Of a stretch of 64,000 bases of DNA, positions 11,861 to 24,282 are shown in pieces. Below the pieces are notes generated by a model. The model worked only from the letters and a program-made list of their open reading frames with translations, had not been told where the DNA came from and did not search any database. Within the stretch, counting starts at the first letter, position 1, and each line of letters opens with the position of its first letter. The DNA is taken from positions 159,278,001 through 159,342,000 of the forward strand of contig NC_091469.1 in NCBI RefSeq assembly GCF_036971445.1, given 5' to 3'. A program made the translations under genes and the position numbers. The stretch is from Narcine bancroftii (lineage: Eukaryota).

Positions 11861-12419
11861 TTCCCTATGAAAAATCATATAACCACAACTCTGACATTGG
11901 TGCCCCTTCAAGTGGAGCCCAGGGCACGTGCCCTCTCTGCCATACCCTAGATATGTTTATGCATGATACTAATGGAGGGTGGGAACTGATACTGAATGGT
12001 GTGGGGTCTAATGATACTTATGGGGATATGGCCAGATACTGATGGGTGTATCATCCTGATACTGAGGGGAAGTTTGGTGAGGAGAGGAGAGGAGAGGGTG
12101 GGGGCAGGGGAAGGAGTGCAGGCCAATAGGTAAGAGGTCAGAGGTGAACATAGGAGGAAGGGCAGAAGAAACAAATGTTGAGGTGATGAGGGCGTGAGGG
12201 AGGATCTCTGGTAGGAGAGGGAAGGGAAGGGGGTGGGGAACTGGATGGAAGGAGACAGAGGAGTAGTGAGAGAGAGAGACGGAGCAGTGGGGGGGGGGTG
12301 AAGTGGGGGCTGCTACTAGGCATTGACCTCCAAAATAATCCCTCTCTCCAGATCCCCACCCTTGCTTCTATCAGAGAGCATCACTCTCACCCCTCAGTCC
12401 CCTCCCCGATCACCTCTCT

Positions 12420-13070
12420 GCTCCTTCCCCCTCCAGCCTTTATCCACCCATCACCTGGACCTCGTTCCCCTCCCCTCCTTCACATCCCCACTCAGACATT
12501 GACCTGATGAAGGGCTCACTCCCCGAATGGTGACTGCCTGACCTGCTGAGTTCCTATGGCACTTTGTATCCTACACCCATCCCTCACCTTCTGTTGACTC
12601 AGGGGAGGGGGAGAGAGCCCTGGGAGGGGAGAGGGAGGTAGAAGTGACAAGGGAGCAGGTAGAGAAGAGAAGGGATGGAAACTGTGGAACCGGATGGGTA
12701 AGTGTGTGGGTGTGGAGGGTGGGCTGTGTTACCTAAAGCTGGGAACATGGATGATGGTGATGTTGAATTGGAGGGTGTCAGGGAGAAGATGATGAGTCGT
12801 TCTGCATGATCCCCGGAAGTGGATGAGGCCAAAGACAGACATATCCGTGCAGGAATGCTGAGGGGATGGATACAGCAGGGAGTTCAAGCTGGGATCTGTT
12901 GGCCAGGTGATTCGGAACCGGACATAGAGGTCTCGACCAGTAAGATGCTGACGTTTACCTGTCTCCTCGTAGGTCACCAGACCTACGTATGAGCTGTCGA
13001 TGTCTCCTGGAACACACATCAGAGAATCGTGAAGGAGCTGGAGGGAGACATTTGTCCCATCCTGGTGGGG
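12420..13070. mobile_element. Degenerate Penelope-like element fragments (also ~16440-16965, ~19370-20025, ~23405-23930)
   Basis: Minus-strand remnant TDMSVFGLIH...SFR-stop resembles the Penelope GIY-YIG C-terminus seen more clearly at 32650-32901. Confidence 0.55.
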
Positions 13071-13074
13071 ATAG

Positions 13075-14020
13075 AGCCTTGTGGGGTGGGACCTGATGGG
13101 GATGCACATAATAATGATTGGGCGGGGCCAGACACTGATGGGGTAAGGCCTGATACAGACAGGAGTCGAGTCCTGATACTGATGAGGCGGGGCCTGATAC
13201 TGATGGGGTGGGGCCTGATACTGATGGGGGCGGGGCCTGATACTGATGGGGGCGGGGCCTGTTACTGATGGTGGTGCGGCCTGATATTGATAGGGGTGGG
13301 GCCTTTTACTGAAGGGGTGGGGCCTTTTACTGATGAGGCGGTGCCTGATACTGATGGTGGTGGGGCCTGTTACTGATGGGGCATGGCCTGATACTGATGG
13401 GGTGGGGCCTGATACTGATGGTGGTGGGGCCTATTACTGATGGGGTGGGACCTGATACTGATGGGGCGGGGCCTGGTACAGATGGGGTGGGGCTTGATAC
13501 TGATGGCGCAGGGCCTGATACTGATTGGCTGGGGCCTGATACTGATGGTGGTGGGGCCTGGTACAGATGGGGTGGAGCCTGATACTGATGGGGTGGGGCC
13601 TGATACTGATGGGGTGGGGGCTGATACTGATGGTGGTGGGGCCTGTTACTGATGGTGATTGGACTTGATACTGATAGGGGTGGGGCCTTTTACTGAAAAG
13701 ACGGGGCCTGTTACTGATGGGGCAGGGCCTGTTTCTGTTGGGCGTGGGGCCTGATACTGAAGGGGTGGGGACTGATACTGATGGGGCGGGGCCTGGTACA
13801 GATGGGGTGGGGCCTGATACTGATGGGGTGGGGCCTGATACTGATGGGGTGGCACCTGATGCTGATGGGGGCAGGGTCTGATACTGATGGGGTGGGGCCT
13901 GATACTGATGGGGTGGGCCTGATACTGATGGGGTGGAGCCTGATACTAATGGTGGTTGGGTGGGGCCTGATACTGATGGTGGTGGGACTGATATTGATGG
14001 TGGTGGGACCTGATACTGAT
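13075..14020. repeat. G-rich ~21-bp minisatellite (CCTGATACTGATGGGGTGGGG)n
   Basis: Tandem array seen directly; gives artefactual GPDTDGV/LILMGWG ORFs. Confidence 0.95.
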
Positions 14021-14164
14021 GTGGATCATCACTGAGGAAATTCATTCATTTATCTGCCCAGATACTTCTTCTCACTCCCACATTTGGGAAAATTCTCAAC
14101 CTCCATTAACCCTGTGACCCACACACCAATGGGACGTGACACACTTTCCACCACACGCCTGTCG

Positions 14165-14575
14165 ATGTGTCAGTGAATTTCTAGATGGTGTTGTTGTACT
14201 GAGTCACACAGTCAAGGTGCGTAGCAAGTAGAGCAGGTGGCTAAGGACACGGCCCTGTGGTGCTCCCGTACTGATGGGGATTGTGTTCTTACAAATCCTC
14301 AGATTGTGGTCTGGAGGTGGGAAAATCCAAGATCCAATTACACAGTGGGGTGTTGAGTCCCAGGTGCTGGAGTTTGCTGAACAGTTTTGAGGGGCTGGTA
14401 GTGTTCAATTCGGAAATGTAGTCGATAAAGAGCATCCTGATGTTTGCACTTTTGCTGTCCAGGGGTTCCAGGGCTTGGTGGAGAGACAGTGAGAGGGTAT
14501 CTGCTACGATAGGTGAATTGGAACCGATCCATGTCACCGTTCAGACAGGCATTGAGATGTTACAACACCAGCCTT
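14165..14575 (-). mobile_element. Rex1/Babar-type LINE RT fragment (duplicate at ~21120-21530)
   Basis: IRMLFIDY...KLFSKLQHLGLNTPLCNWILDF. Confidence 0.75.
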
Positions 14576-14738
14576 CATCTCTGTGGATACCTTACCTGTA
14601 GTTAGGTGACTAAAACTGCAGTAAATACTGCAAATTTCACCTCACCAATATCTAATACAATTTATCATAACATCCCAACTCCTACACTCAATACGTTAAT
14701 TTATGAAGGCCAAACACTCTCGCTACATCCCCATCTAC

Positions 14739-14786
14739 CTGTGATAGCAGAACGTTTACGTTTGGCATCAGATGAAACCTTTAGAG
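14739..14786 (-). CDS. Candidate cytoplasmic exon, 48 bp, phase 1-1 (ALKVSSDAKRKRSAIT)
   Basis: ttctatatccAG acceptor and AG|GTAGAT donor; open in the frame set by the preceding exon. Confidence 0.45.
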
Positions 14787-14892
14787 CTGGATATAGAATT
14801 GAAGTCCGACACGCCCAGTTTTTTTTTTTGGCAACGTTTAGTCCAACTTTTTAGATAAAAAGTTCTCCAGCAATAAGGTGCTAACATTTTAC

Positions 14893-14943
14893 CTTTCTCA
14901 CTGTTATTGGGCCCTGCATTGTCGTAGGTGCTGCAATTGTCTC
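14893..14943 (-). CDS. Cytoplasmic tyrosine-motif exon, 51 bp, phase 1-1 (GDNCSTYDNAGPNNSEK), duplicate copy
   Basis: ctttgcgttacAG acceptor and AAG|GTAAAA donor; identical to 21861-21911. Confidence 0.6.
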
Positions 14944-14954
14944 CTGTAACGCAA

Positions 14955-15285
14955 AGATTCAAAGCTTCTTTTTACTGTCACATCATCATACATTCAAAAT
15001 GCTCTCTACGTGATATATGACAACCTTTGCCTGCCAAAAGGCACAGAGTTGTCATGAACGTTGCCCAGCACTGAGACACTGAGTGTCCGTGGATTCTCCT
15101 CCCGTCCTCCTGCAGCCTCTTCAGCCACACAGACTCCCGTTCGATCCATCGGCCGCTCGAGCTCCAGATCCAAACCCCCGACGCGATCGGGAAGCCTTCA
15201 ACACAAAAGGCCTCTTCACGAGCCCTTCTTGCCCTCAGCTACCTCTCGAATCCTAGTTCATAGACCTGGTTCCCATGATTGGCCC
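14955..15285 (-). repeat. Unclassified interspersed repeat (SINE-like, LINE-type 3' tail); related copies at ~21923-22250 (-), ~25690-26125 (+), ~48310-48672 (+)
   Basis: Shared core gagctccagatccaaacc...tccgtggatt and a gaca(a/g)taaa...gaatc tail. Confidence 0.55.
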
Positions 15286-15569
15286 AGGGCAGCAGAAAAT
15301 GAGGTGACTACCCCGCCCCCCCCCCACCACCCACCACCCAATCCCCGGCTGAGGAGGAGAAGCAGAGGAGAAGACAGAGAGATGGTGACCAGTGAGGGCT
15401 TCTGCAGCTGAAGGAACCACTGTAACGCGACTGAATGCACTCAGAGACAATGAGGAGGACAAATACGTTTTTAATAGGTTCCAATCAATGGCCAGTAGAT
15501 ACAGTCGAACTCAGGTGACCTGAGGTGAGGCTGTAAAACCAGGGTTTATATTGGGGTGGGTGAGGGTGG

Positions 15570-16395
15570 AGCCACTGTTTCAATGGGTAGTGAATTCCAC
15601 AGATTCACTGCCCTCTGGGATAAGCAGATCCACCTCATCTCTGTCCTAAATCTATGGCCCTGAATCTTGAGGCTACATCCCCCAGTTCTAGTCTCCCCCA
15701 CCAATGGGAACAACTTACCTACCTCTATCTGATCAATGCCTGTCATAATTTTATACATTTCTACAACATCCTCTCTCATTCCTCTAAATTCCAGCAAATA
15801 CAGTCCCAGACATTTCAGACTCTCCTCATAGGCTCACCCTTTCATCCCTGGAATCAACCTGCTGGACTTCTTCTGCACCGTCTCCAAAGCCAGGACATCC
15901 TTCCTCAAGTAGGGAGACCAGATCTGAATGCAGTTCTCCAGATGCAGCCTCACCAGGACCTTGTCCAGTTGCAGCACAACCTCCCTGCTCCTAAATTCAA
16001 TTCCTCTGGCAATAAAGGTCGAAGTTCCATTTACCTTCCTGATAACCTGCTACACCTGCAAACCAACCTTTTGCGATTCATGCACAAACACTCCCAAGTT
16101 CTTCTGCACGGCAACATGCTGCAATCACTTTCCATTTAAATAATATTCTTATCTTCCATTTTTCCTTCCAACGAGGATAACCTCACATTTACCAACACTG
16201 GACTCCGCCGGACAGCCGTTTGCCCACTCACTTAACCTATCGATATCTCCCTGCAGACTCTCCGTATCCTCTGTACAGTTTGTGTTTCCATTCTATTCAG
16301 TGTCATCACCAAACAGATACATCCCGCTCTGTCCCCTCTTCCACGTCATTAATGTACATCGTGAACAGTTGCAGGCCCAGCACTGATCCCTGCGG
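15570..16395 (-). mobile_element. CR1 LINE fragment (duplicate at ~22540-23365)
   Basis: PQGSVLG.QLFTMYIND, CVQIWSPYLRKD, EMYKIMTGID remnants. Confidence 0.85.
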
Positions 16396-17316
16396 TAACC
16401 TGCTTACATTGAACTTACCTGCACTGTGAGCTTCAGGTGCTTGGGCTTCTCCACCACCGATCACAAGGCTGGCGTACGTCCAGTTATCTGTAAGACAGGC
16501 AGAATTTACTGCCAAGGTGCAGGTTGTCTGCAGACGTCCAACTCCACAGACACAGAATCTCACTAAGTGGGAAGGTGTGGCTGAAACTGATGGGGGTGCT
16601 GAGAGTGACAGGAGGTGGGTGTTACCTAAAGCTGGGAACGTGGATGTTGGTGCTGTTGGGTTGGAGGGTGTCGGGGAGTAGATGACGTGTTGGTCCACAC
16701 GATCCCCAGCAGTGGGTAAGGCCAAGGACAAACCTGTCCATGTGGGAATGCTGAGGTGATGGATATAGCCACGAGTTCAAGCTGATATCTGATGGTCAGG
16801 TGTCCCAGTACTGGACACAGGCTTGTTGATCAATAAGGTGCTGGAGTTTACCTGTCTCCATGTTGGTCATCAGGGTTTCATACGTCCTGTCATTGTCTGC
16901 TGGAACACACATCAGAGAATCGTTAAGCTGCATGAGGGAGACATTTGGCCCATCCTGGTGGAAGCAGGAATTGGTGGGGGCAGGGCTTCATTGTGGTGGG
17001 ATTGTAGCCTGTGTGGGTGTGTTCTGGTGGGGCAGGGACCTGGTGGGAGCTCCGGAAGCTACCTGCTGCCAATCCATTTCCCCATCCTGTAATGATACAG
17101 ATTCTGGATCTTAACATATCCATGGTTTATTAGGTCTGCACAGCATTGTGGGCCGAAGGGCCCACATTGTGCTGGAACATTCTATGTTCTATAACAGCTC
17201 TGACATGGCCCTCTGACCCTTCTCACTTTCTCAGTCTTAATGCTGAATTTCACGGGTCTGATAGAAACAGTATCCCTCCATTTAAAACTTTTCCCTCTGT
17301 GTTTGGAGTGAGACAA

Positions 17317-18469
17317 TGTGACTGAATATAGATATGTTATGGTGAGATAAATTGTGGCAGGGTTTTTAGTGAAGGTCACATGCAAACACTTTGAAAGAGA
17401 TCTTATTTAAAATACTGAAGCTCTGCTCATGCAAGACATATTGGGACCAATAGTCTTTGCAAAAGCTTTGGAGAGTGCCCAAGATACTTCACTAATGGAT
17501 TGTTGTTTACAAAAAGGCAACATGTGAAAGAGCTTGTCGGAGCCACAATCTGTCTGGAGTGGAACTTGCACTTCTTGGAGGGTCATGTTGTTTGGCAAGC
17601 AGAGAGANNNNNNNNNNNNNNNNNNNNNNNNNNNNNNNNNNNNNNNNNNNNNNNNNNNNNNNNNNNNNNNNNNNNNNNNNNNNNNNNNNNNNNNNNNNNN
17701 NNNNNNNNNNNNNNNNNNNNNNNNNNNNNNNNNNNNNNNNNNNNNNNNNNNNNNNNNNNNNNNNNNNNNNNNNNNNNNNNNNNATTAGGTAGCAGCAACA
17801 AGAACTGGAACAGGATAAGCTGGAAAGCTTGTGGAAAACCCCATTTGGAAGACCTGTTGTGAGGTTGTGAGTGCTTAGTTCAGCCTGGTCAAAGCCCTTG
17901 TGGTTCATGCAAGAGGAGACATCTGGCTGTCTAATGTTTCACTTGGAATAAGAGAAACAAAAAGGAACTCTGTGGTAATCTGAAAAAAAGAGATTATCAT
18001 CTGGAAAACCCTGATGGGCAGGTTTATTCGGCAAGAAACTGAAGTACGTGATTAAAAGAAGAATCAGTTGTGGGTGTCACTGAACCACGAATCTCTCTCT
18101 GAAAACCAACAAGAACCTTCCAGTGTGGTAACCATTTACATTTCAAGCACCACAAGCTGGTGAACTTTATAAATGTTAAATTCTCTGCACAGTATAAGAA
18201 TTGCTTGCAACCAGTGAACTTGGAGGAATGAAAAGTGAGATTGGACTGTGAACGAAATAACTTTTCTGAACTTACACACACATTACATACAGGTGCACTT
18301 AGATTTAGAAGGGGGTTAAGTTAGGTTTGTTAAGTTAATAGTGATAAGTTAAAGTTTGATTCTGTTTTCATTGTTTAAAGATAATTAAAAGCAACTTTTG
18401 TTTATGTAACCATTTGTCTTGGTGAATATCTATTGCTGCTGGGTTTTGGGGTCCTCTGGGCTCATAACA
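17317..18469. mobile_element. Solo LTR copy 2, apparently recombinant, at the duplication junction; N gap at 17608-17783
   Basis: TGT...ACA termini; left flank and body match copy 3, while the last ~40 bp and right flank match copy 1. Confidence 0.75.
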
Positions 18470-20029
18470 GCATTTTAATTAATTCTGTTGGTAGAGGCGT
18501 CTTGGTCATGTCTCACACCTACACCATCATGCCACAACCCCCTGTATAGACAAATATTAAATGAACACTATTACAAATATTTCACCCACTCCCTCCCTCC
18601 AATACTTACAAGTTCATTCATCACAGCTCTCAGATGTTTTCTGTGCACTGATGCCCCTTTGGCCGCCCTGTGACATTCCCTCCAGCTGCCCTGTAACAGC
18701 CACTCAGCCCATCCTATGACATCCCCTCTGACCATCCTGTTCCAACACCTCTGGCCCCCTGTGACATCCCCCCGGCCACCTTGTGACAGCTGCTCCAGCC
18801 CCTCCCTGTGACAGACCCTCCATCTGTCCTGTGACAGCCCCTCTGGCTATCCTGTGCTAGAACATTCGGCGCCCTGTGCTAGCCCCTATGGCCCTTCCCT
18901 GTGAAAGTCCCTCTGTCACCCTGTGGCAGCCCCTTCGCCGCCCCCCATGACAACCCCTTAGATTGCCCTGTGCCAGCACCTCCGGCCACCCTGTGCCAAC
19001 CCGTTCTGGCCGCCCTATACCAGCCCTCCAACCACCTGTAACAGTTTCCTTATGAAAAATCATACAACCACATCCCTGCCATTGGTACAGAAGTGAACAT
19101 AGGAAGAAGGGCTGAAGAAACAAATGTTGAGGTGATGAGGGTGTGTGGGAGGATCTCTGGTAGGTGAGGGATGGGAAGAGGGTGGGGAACTGGATGGAAG
19201 GAGACAGAGGGGTAGTGAGAGAGAGAGACTTGGAGCAGTGGGGGGGGGTGAAGTGGGGGCTGCTACTAGACATTGACCTCCAAAATAATCCCTCTCTCCA
19301 GATCCCCACCCTTGCTTCTATCAGAGAGCATCCCTCTCACCCCTCAGTCCCCTCCCCGATCACCTCTCTGCTCCTTCCCCCTCCAGCCTGTATCCACCCA
19401 TCACCTGGACCTCGTTCCCCTCCCCTCCTTCACATCCCCACTCAGACATTGACCTGATGAAGGGCTCACTCCCCGAATGGTGACTGCCTGACTTGCTGAG
19501 TTCCTCTGGCACTTTGTATCCTACACCCATCTCTCACCTTCTGTTGACCCAGGGGAGGGGGAGAGAGCCCTGGGAGGGGAGAGGGAGATAGAAGTGACAA
19601 GGGAGCAGGTAGAGAAGAGAAGGGAAGGGATGGAAACTGTGGAACCGGATGGGTAGGTGTGTGGGTGTGGAGGGTGGGCTGTGTTACCTAAAGCTGGGAA
19701 CATGGATGATGGTGATGTTGAATTGGAGGGTGTCAGGGAGAAGATGATGAGTCGTTCCGCATGATCCCCAGAAGTGGATGAGGCCAAAGACAGACATATC
19801 CATGCAGGAATGCTGAGGGGATGGATATAGCAGGGAGTTCAAGCTGGGATCTGTTGGCCAGGTGATTCAGAACCGGACATAGAGGTCTCGACCAGTAAGG
19901 TGCTGACGTTTACCTGTCTCCTCGTCGGTCACCAGGTTTTCGTATGAGCTGTCGATGTCTCCTGGAACACACATCAGAGAATCGTGAAGGAGCTGGAGGG
20001 AGACATTTGTCCCATCCTGGTGGGGATAG

Positions 20030-20977
20030 AGCCTTGTGGGGGGGGGACCTGATGGGGATGCACATAATAATGATGGGGCGGGGCCTGAGACTGATGGGGT
20101 AAGGCCTGATACAGACAGGAGTCGAGTCCTGATACTGATGAGGCGGGGCCTGATACTGATGGGGTGGGGCCTGATACTGATGGGGGCGGGGCCTGTTACT
20201 GATGATGGTGCGGCCTGATAGTGATAGGGGTGGGGCCTTTTACTGAAGGGGTGGGGCCTGTTACTGATGAGGCGGTGCCTGATACTGATGGTGGTGGGGC
20301 CTGTTACTGATGGGGGCAGGGCCTGATACTGATGGGGTGGGGCCTGTTACTGATGGTGGTTGGACTTGATACTGATAGGGGTGGGGCCTTTTACTGAAAA
20401 GACGGGGCCTGTTACTGATGTGGCAGGGCCTGTTTCTGTTGGGCGTGGGGCTTGATACTGAAGGGGTGGGGCCTGATACTGATGGGGCGGGGCCTGGTAC
20501 AAATGGGGTGGGGCCTGATACTGATGGGGCGGGGCCTGATACTGATGGGGTGGGGCCTGATACTGATGGGGTGGCACCTGATACTGATGGGGACAGGGCC
20601 TGATACTAATGGGGTGGGGCCTGATACTGATGGGGCGAGGCATGATACTGATTGGGCGGGACCTGATACTGATGGGGGCAGGGCCTGATACTGATGGTGG
20701 TGGGGCCTGGTACAGATGGGGGAGGGGCCTGGTACAGATGGGGTGGGTCCTGATACTGATGGGGTTGGACCTGATACTGATGGGGTGGGGTCTGATACTG
20801 ATGGGGTGGGACCTGATACTTATGGGGTGGGGCCTGATACTGATGGGATGGGGCCTGATACTGATGGGGTGGGCCTGATACTGATGGGGTGGAGCCTGAT
20901 ACTAATGGTGGTTGGGTGGAGCCTGATACTGATGGTGGTGGGACTGATATTGATGGTGGTGGGACCTGATACTGATG
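20030..20977. repeat. G-rich ~21-bp minisatellite, second copy
   Basis: Same unit as 13075-14020 with a different variant order. Confidence 0.95.
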
Positions 20978-21694
20978 TGGATCATCACTGAGGAAATTCA
21001 TTCATTTATCTGCCCAGATACTTCTTCTCACTCCCACATTTGGGAAAATTCTCAACCTCCATTAACCCTGTGACCCACACGCCAATGGGACGTGACACAC
21101 TTTCCACCACACGCCTGTCGATGTGTCAGTGAATTTCTAGATGGTGTTGTTGTACTGAGTCACACAGTCAAGGTGCGTAGCAAGTAGAGCAGGTGGCTAA
21201 GGACACGGCCCTGTGGTGCTCCCGTACTGATGGGGATTGTGTTCTTACAAATCCTCAGATTGTGGTCTGGAGGTGGGAAAATCCAAGATCCAATTACACA
21301 GTGGGGTGTTGAGTCCCAGGCGCTGGAGTTTGCTGAACAGTTTTGAGGGGCTGGTAGTGTTCAATTCGGAAATGTAGTCGATAAAGAGCATCCTGATGTT
21401 TGCACTTTTGCTGTCCAGGGGTTCCAGGGCTTGGTGGAGAGACAGTGAGAGGGTATCTGCTACGATAGGTGAATTGGAACCGATCCATGTCACCGTTCAG
21501 ACAGGCATTGAGATGTTACAACACCAGCCTTCATCTCTGTGGATACCTTACCTGTAGTTAGGTGACTAAAACTGCAGTAAATACTGCAAATTTGACCTCA
21601 CCAATATCTAATACAATTTATCATAACATCCCAACTCCTACACTCAATACGTTAATTTATGAAGGCCAAACACTCTCGTTACAACTCCATCTAC

Positions 21695-21742
21695 CTGTGA
21701 TAGTAGAACGTTTACGTTTGGCATCAGTTTAAACCTTTAGAA
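21695..21742 (-). pseudogene. Damaged duplicate of the 48-bp exon (in-frame TAA at 21731-21729; pyrimidine tract deleted)
   Basis: Aligns to 14739-14786 with TCA changed to TAA. Confidence 0.4.
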
Positions 21743-21860
21743 CTGGATATATTTTTTTGGCAACGTTTAGTCAAACAGAAAAATACTTTTGGCAGCTTTT
21801 CCAAATTCAGAACATAAATTAGATAAAAAGTTCTCCAGCAATAAGGTGCTAACATTTTAC

Positions 21861-21911
21861 CTTTCTCACTGTTATTGGGCCCTGCATTGTCGTAGGTGCT
21901 GCAATTGTCTC
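21861..21911 (-). CDS. Cytoplasmic tyrosine-motif exon, 51 bp, phase 1-1 (GDNCSTYDNAGPNNSEK)
   Basis: Canonical AG/GT; phase matches the 62-bp exon upstream; contains YDN. Confidence 0.62.
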
Positions 21912-24282
21912 CTGTAACGCAAAGATTCAAAGCTTCTTTTTACTGTCACATCATAATACATTCAAAATGCTCTGTACGTGATATATGCCAAACTTTGCCT
22001 GCCATAAGGCACAGAGTTGTCATGAACGTTGCCCTGCACCGAGACACTGAGTGTCCGTGGATTCTCCTCCCGTCCTCCCGCAGCCTCTGCAGCCGCACAG
22101 ACTCCTGTTCGATCCATCGGTCGCCTGAGCTCCAGATCCAAACCCCCGACACGATCAGGAAGCCTTCAACACCCAAGGCCTCTTTACGAGCCCTTCTTGC
22201 CCTCAGCTACCTCTCGAATCCTGGTTCATAGACCTGGTTCCCATGATTGGCCCAGGGCAGCAGAAAATGAGGAGACCACCCCGCACCCCCCCACCACCCA
22301 CCACCCAATCCCCGGCTGAGGAGGAGAAGCAGAGGAGAAGACAGAGGGATGGTGACCAGTGAGGGCTTTTGCAGCTGAAGGAACCACTGTAACACGACTG
22401 AATGCACTCAGAGACAATGAGGAGGACAAATACGCTTTTAATAGCTTCCAATCAATGGCCAGTAGATACAGTCGAACTCAGGTGATCTGAGGTGAGGCTG
22501 TAAAACCAGGGTTTATATTGGGGTGGGTGAGGGTGGAGCCACTGCTTCAATGGGTAGCGAATTTCACAGATTCACCGCCCTCTGGGATAAGCAGATCCAC
22601 CTCATCTCTGTCCTAAATCTATGGCCCTGAATCTTGAGGCTACATCCCCCAGTTCTAGTCTCCCCCACCAATGGGAACAACTTACCTACCTCTATCTGAT
22701 CAATGCCTGTCATAATTTTATACATATCTACAACATCCTCTCTCATTCCTCTAAATTCCAGCGAATCCAGTCCCAGACATCTCAGACTCTCCTCATAGGC
22801 TCACCCTTTCATCCCTGGAATCAACCTGCTGGACTTCTTCTGCACCGTCTCCAAAGCCAGGACATCCTTCCTCAAGTAGGGAGACCAGATCTGAACGCAG
22901 TTCTCCAGATGCAGCCTCACCAGGACCTTGTCCAGTTGCAGCACAACCTCCCTGCTCCTAAATTCAATTCCTCTGGCAATAAAGGTCAAAGTTCCATTTA
23001 CCTTCCTGATAACCTGTTGCACCTGCAAACCAACCTTTTGCGATTCATGCACAAACACTCCCAAGTTCTTCTGCACGGCAACATGCTGCAATCACTTTCC
23101 ATTTAAATAATATTCTGATCTTCCATTTTTACTTCCAACGAGGATAACCTCACATTTACCAACACTGGACTCCGCCGGCCAGCCGTTTGCCCACTCACTT
23201 AACCTATCGATATCTCCCTGCAGACTCTCTGTATCCTCTGTACAGTTTGTGTTTCCATTCTATTCAGTGTCATGACCAAACAGATACATCCCGCTCTGTC
23301 CCCTCTTCCACGTCGTTAATGTACATCGTGAACAGTTGCAGGCCAGCACCGACCCCTGCGGTATCCTGCTTACATTGAACTTACCTGCACTGTGGGCTTC
23401 AGGTGCTTGGGCTTCTCCACCACCGATCACAAGGCTGGCGTACGTGCAGGTATCTGTAAGATAGGCAGGAATTACTGCCAAGGTGCAGGTTGTCTGCAGA
23501 CGTCCAACTCCACAGACACAGAATCTCACTAAGTGGGAAGGTGTGGCTGAAACTGATGGGGGTGCTGAGAGTGACAGGAGGTGGGTGTTACCTAAAGCTG
23601 GGAACGTGGATGTTGGTGCTGTTGGGTTGGAGGGTGTCGGGGAGTAGATGACGTGTTGTTCCACATGATCCCCAGCAGTGGGTGAGGCCAAGGACAAACC
23701 TGTCCATGTGGGAATGCTGAGGTGATGGATACGGCCACGAGTTCAAGCTGATATCTGATGGTCAGGTGTCCCAGTACTGGACACAGGCTTGTTGATCAAT
23801 AAGGTGCTGGAGTTTACCTGTCTCCATGTTGGTCATCAGGGTTTCATACGTCCTGTCATTGTCTGCTGGAACACACATCAGAGAATCGTTAAGCTGCATG
23901 AGGGAGACATTTGGCCCATCCTGGTGGAAGCAGGAATCGGTGGGGGCAGGGCTTCATTGCGGTGGGATTGTAGCCTGTGTGGGTGTGTTCTTGTGGGGCA
24001 GGGACCTGGTGGGAGCTCTGGAAGCTACATGCTGCCAATCCATTTCCCCATCCTGTAATGATACAGATTCTGGATCTTAACATATCCATGGTTTATTAGG
24101 TCTGCACAGCATTGTGGGCCAAAGGGCCAACGCTGTGCTGGAACATTCTATGTTCTATAACAGCTCTAACATGGCCCTCTGACCTTTCTCACTTTCTCAA
24201 TCTTAATGCTGAATTTCACGGGTCTGATAGAAACAGTATCCCTCTATTTAAAACTTTTCCCTTTGTGTTTGGAGAGAGATAG

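Larger units (their letters stand above)
11280..17316. repeat. Segmental tandem duplication, copy 1 (paired with 18470-24282)
   Basis: Same order of sub-repeats and near-identical ORF translations in both copies (14289/21245, 15654/22621, 16823/23789). Confidence 0.93.
18470..24282. repeat. Segmental tandem duplication, copy 2
   Basis: Colinear with 11280-17316, with scattered substitutions and indels. Confidence 0.93.

Noticed and set aside
13029-14045. GPDTDG, LILMG and PPHQYQ repeat ORFs (also 20036-21001)
   Set aside because: Translations of a 21-bp minisatellite
14592-14650. Apparent exon with a strong GTAAGG donor (also ~21552-21607)
   Set aside because: It is a decayed CR1 fragment and has an in-frame stop
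17500-17908. ORFs spanning N runs (also ~24365-24917 and ~47431-47849)
   Set aside because: Assembly gaps at LTR-internal microsatellites
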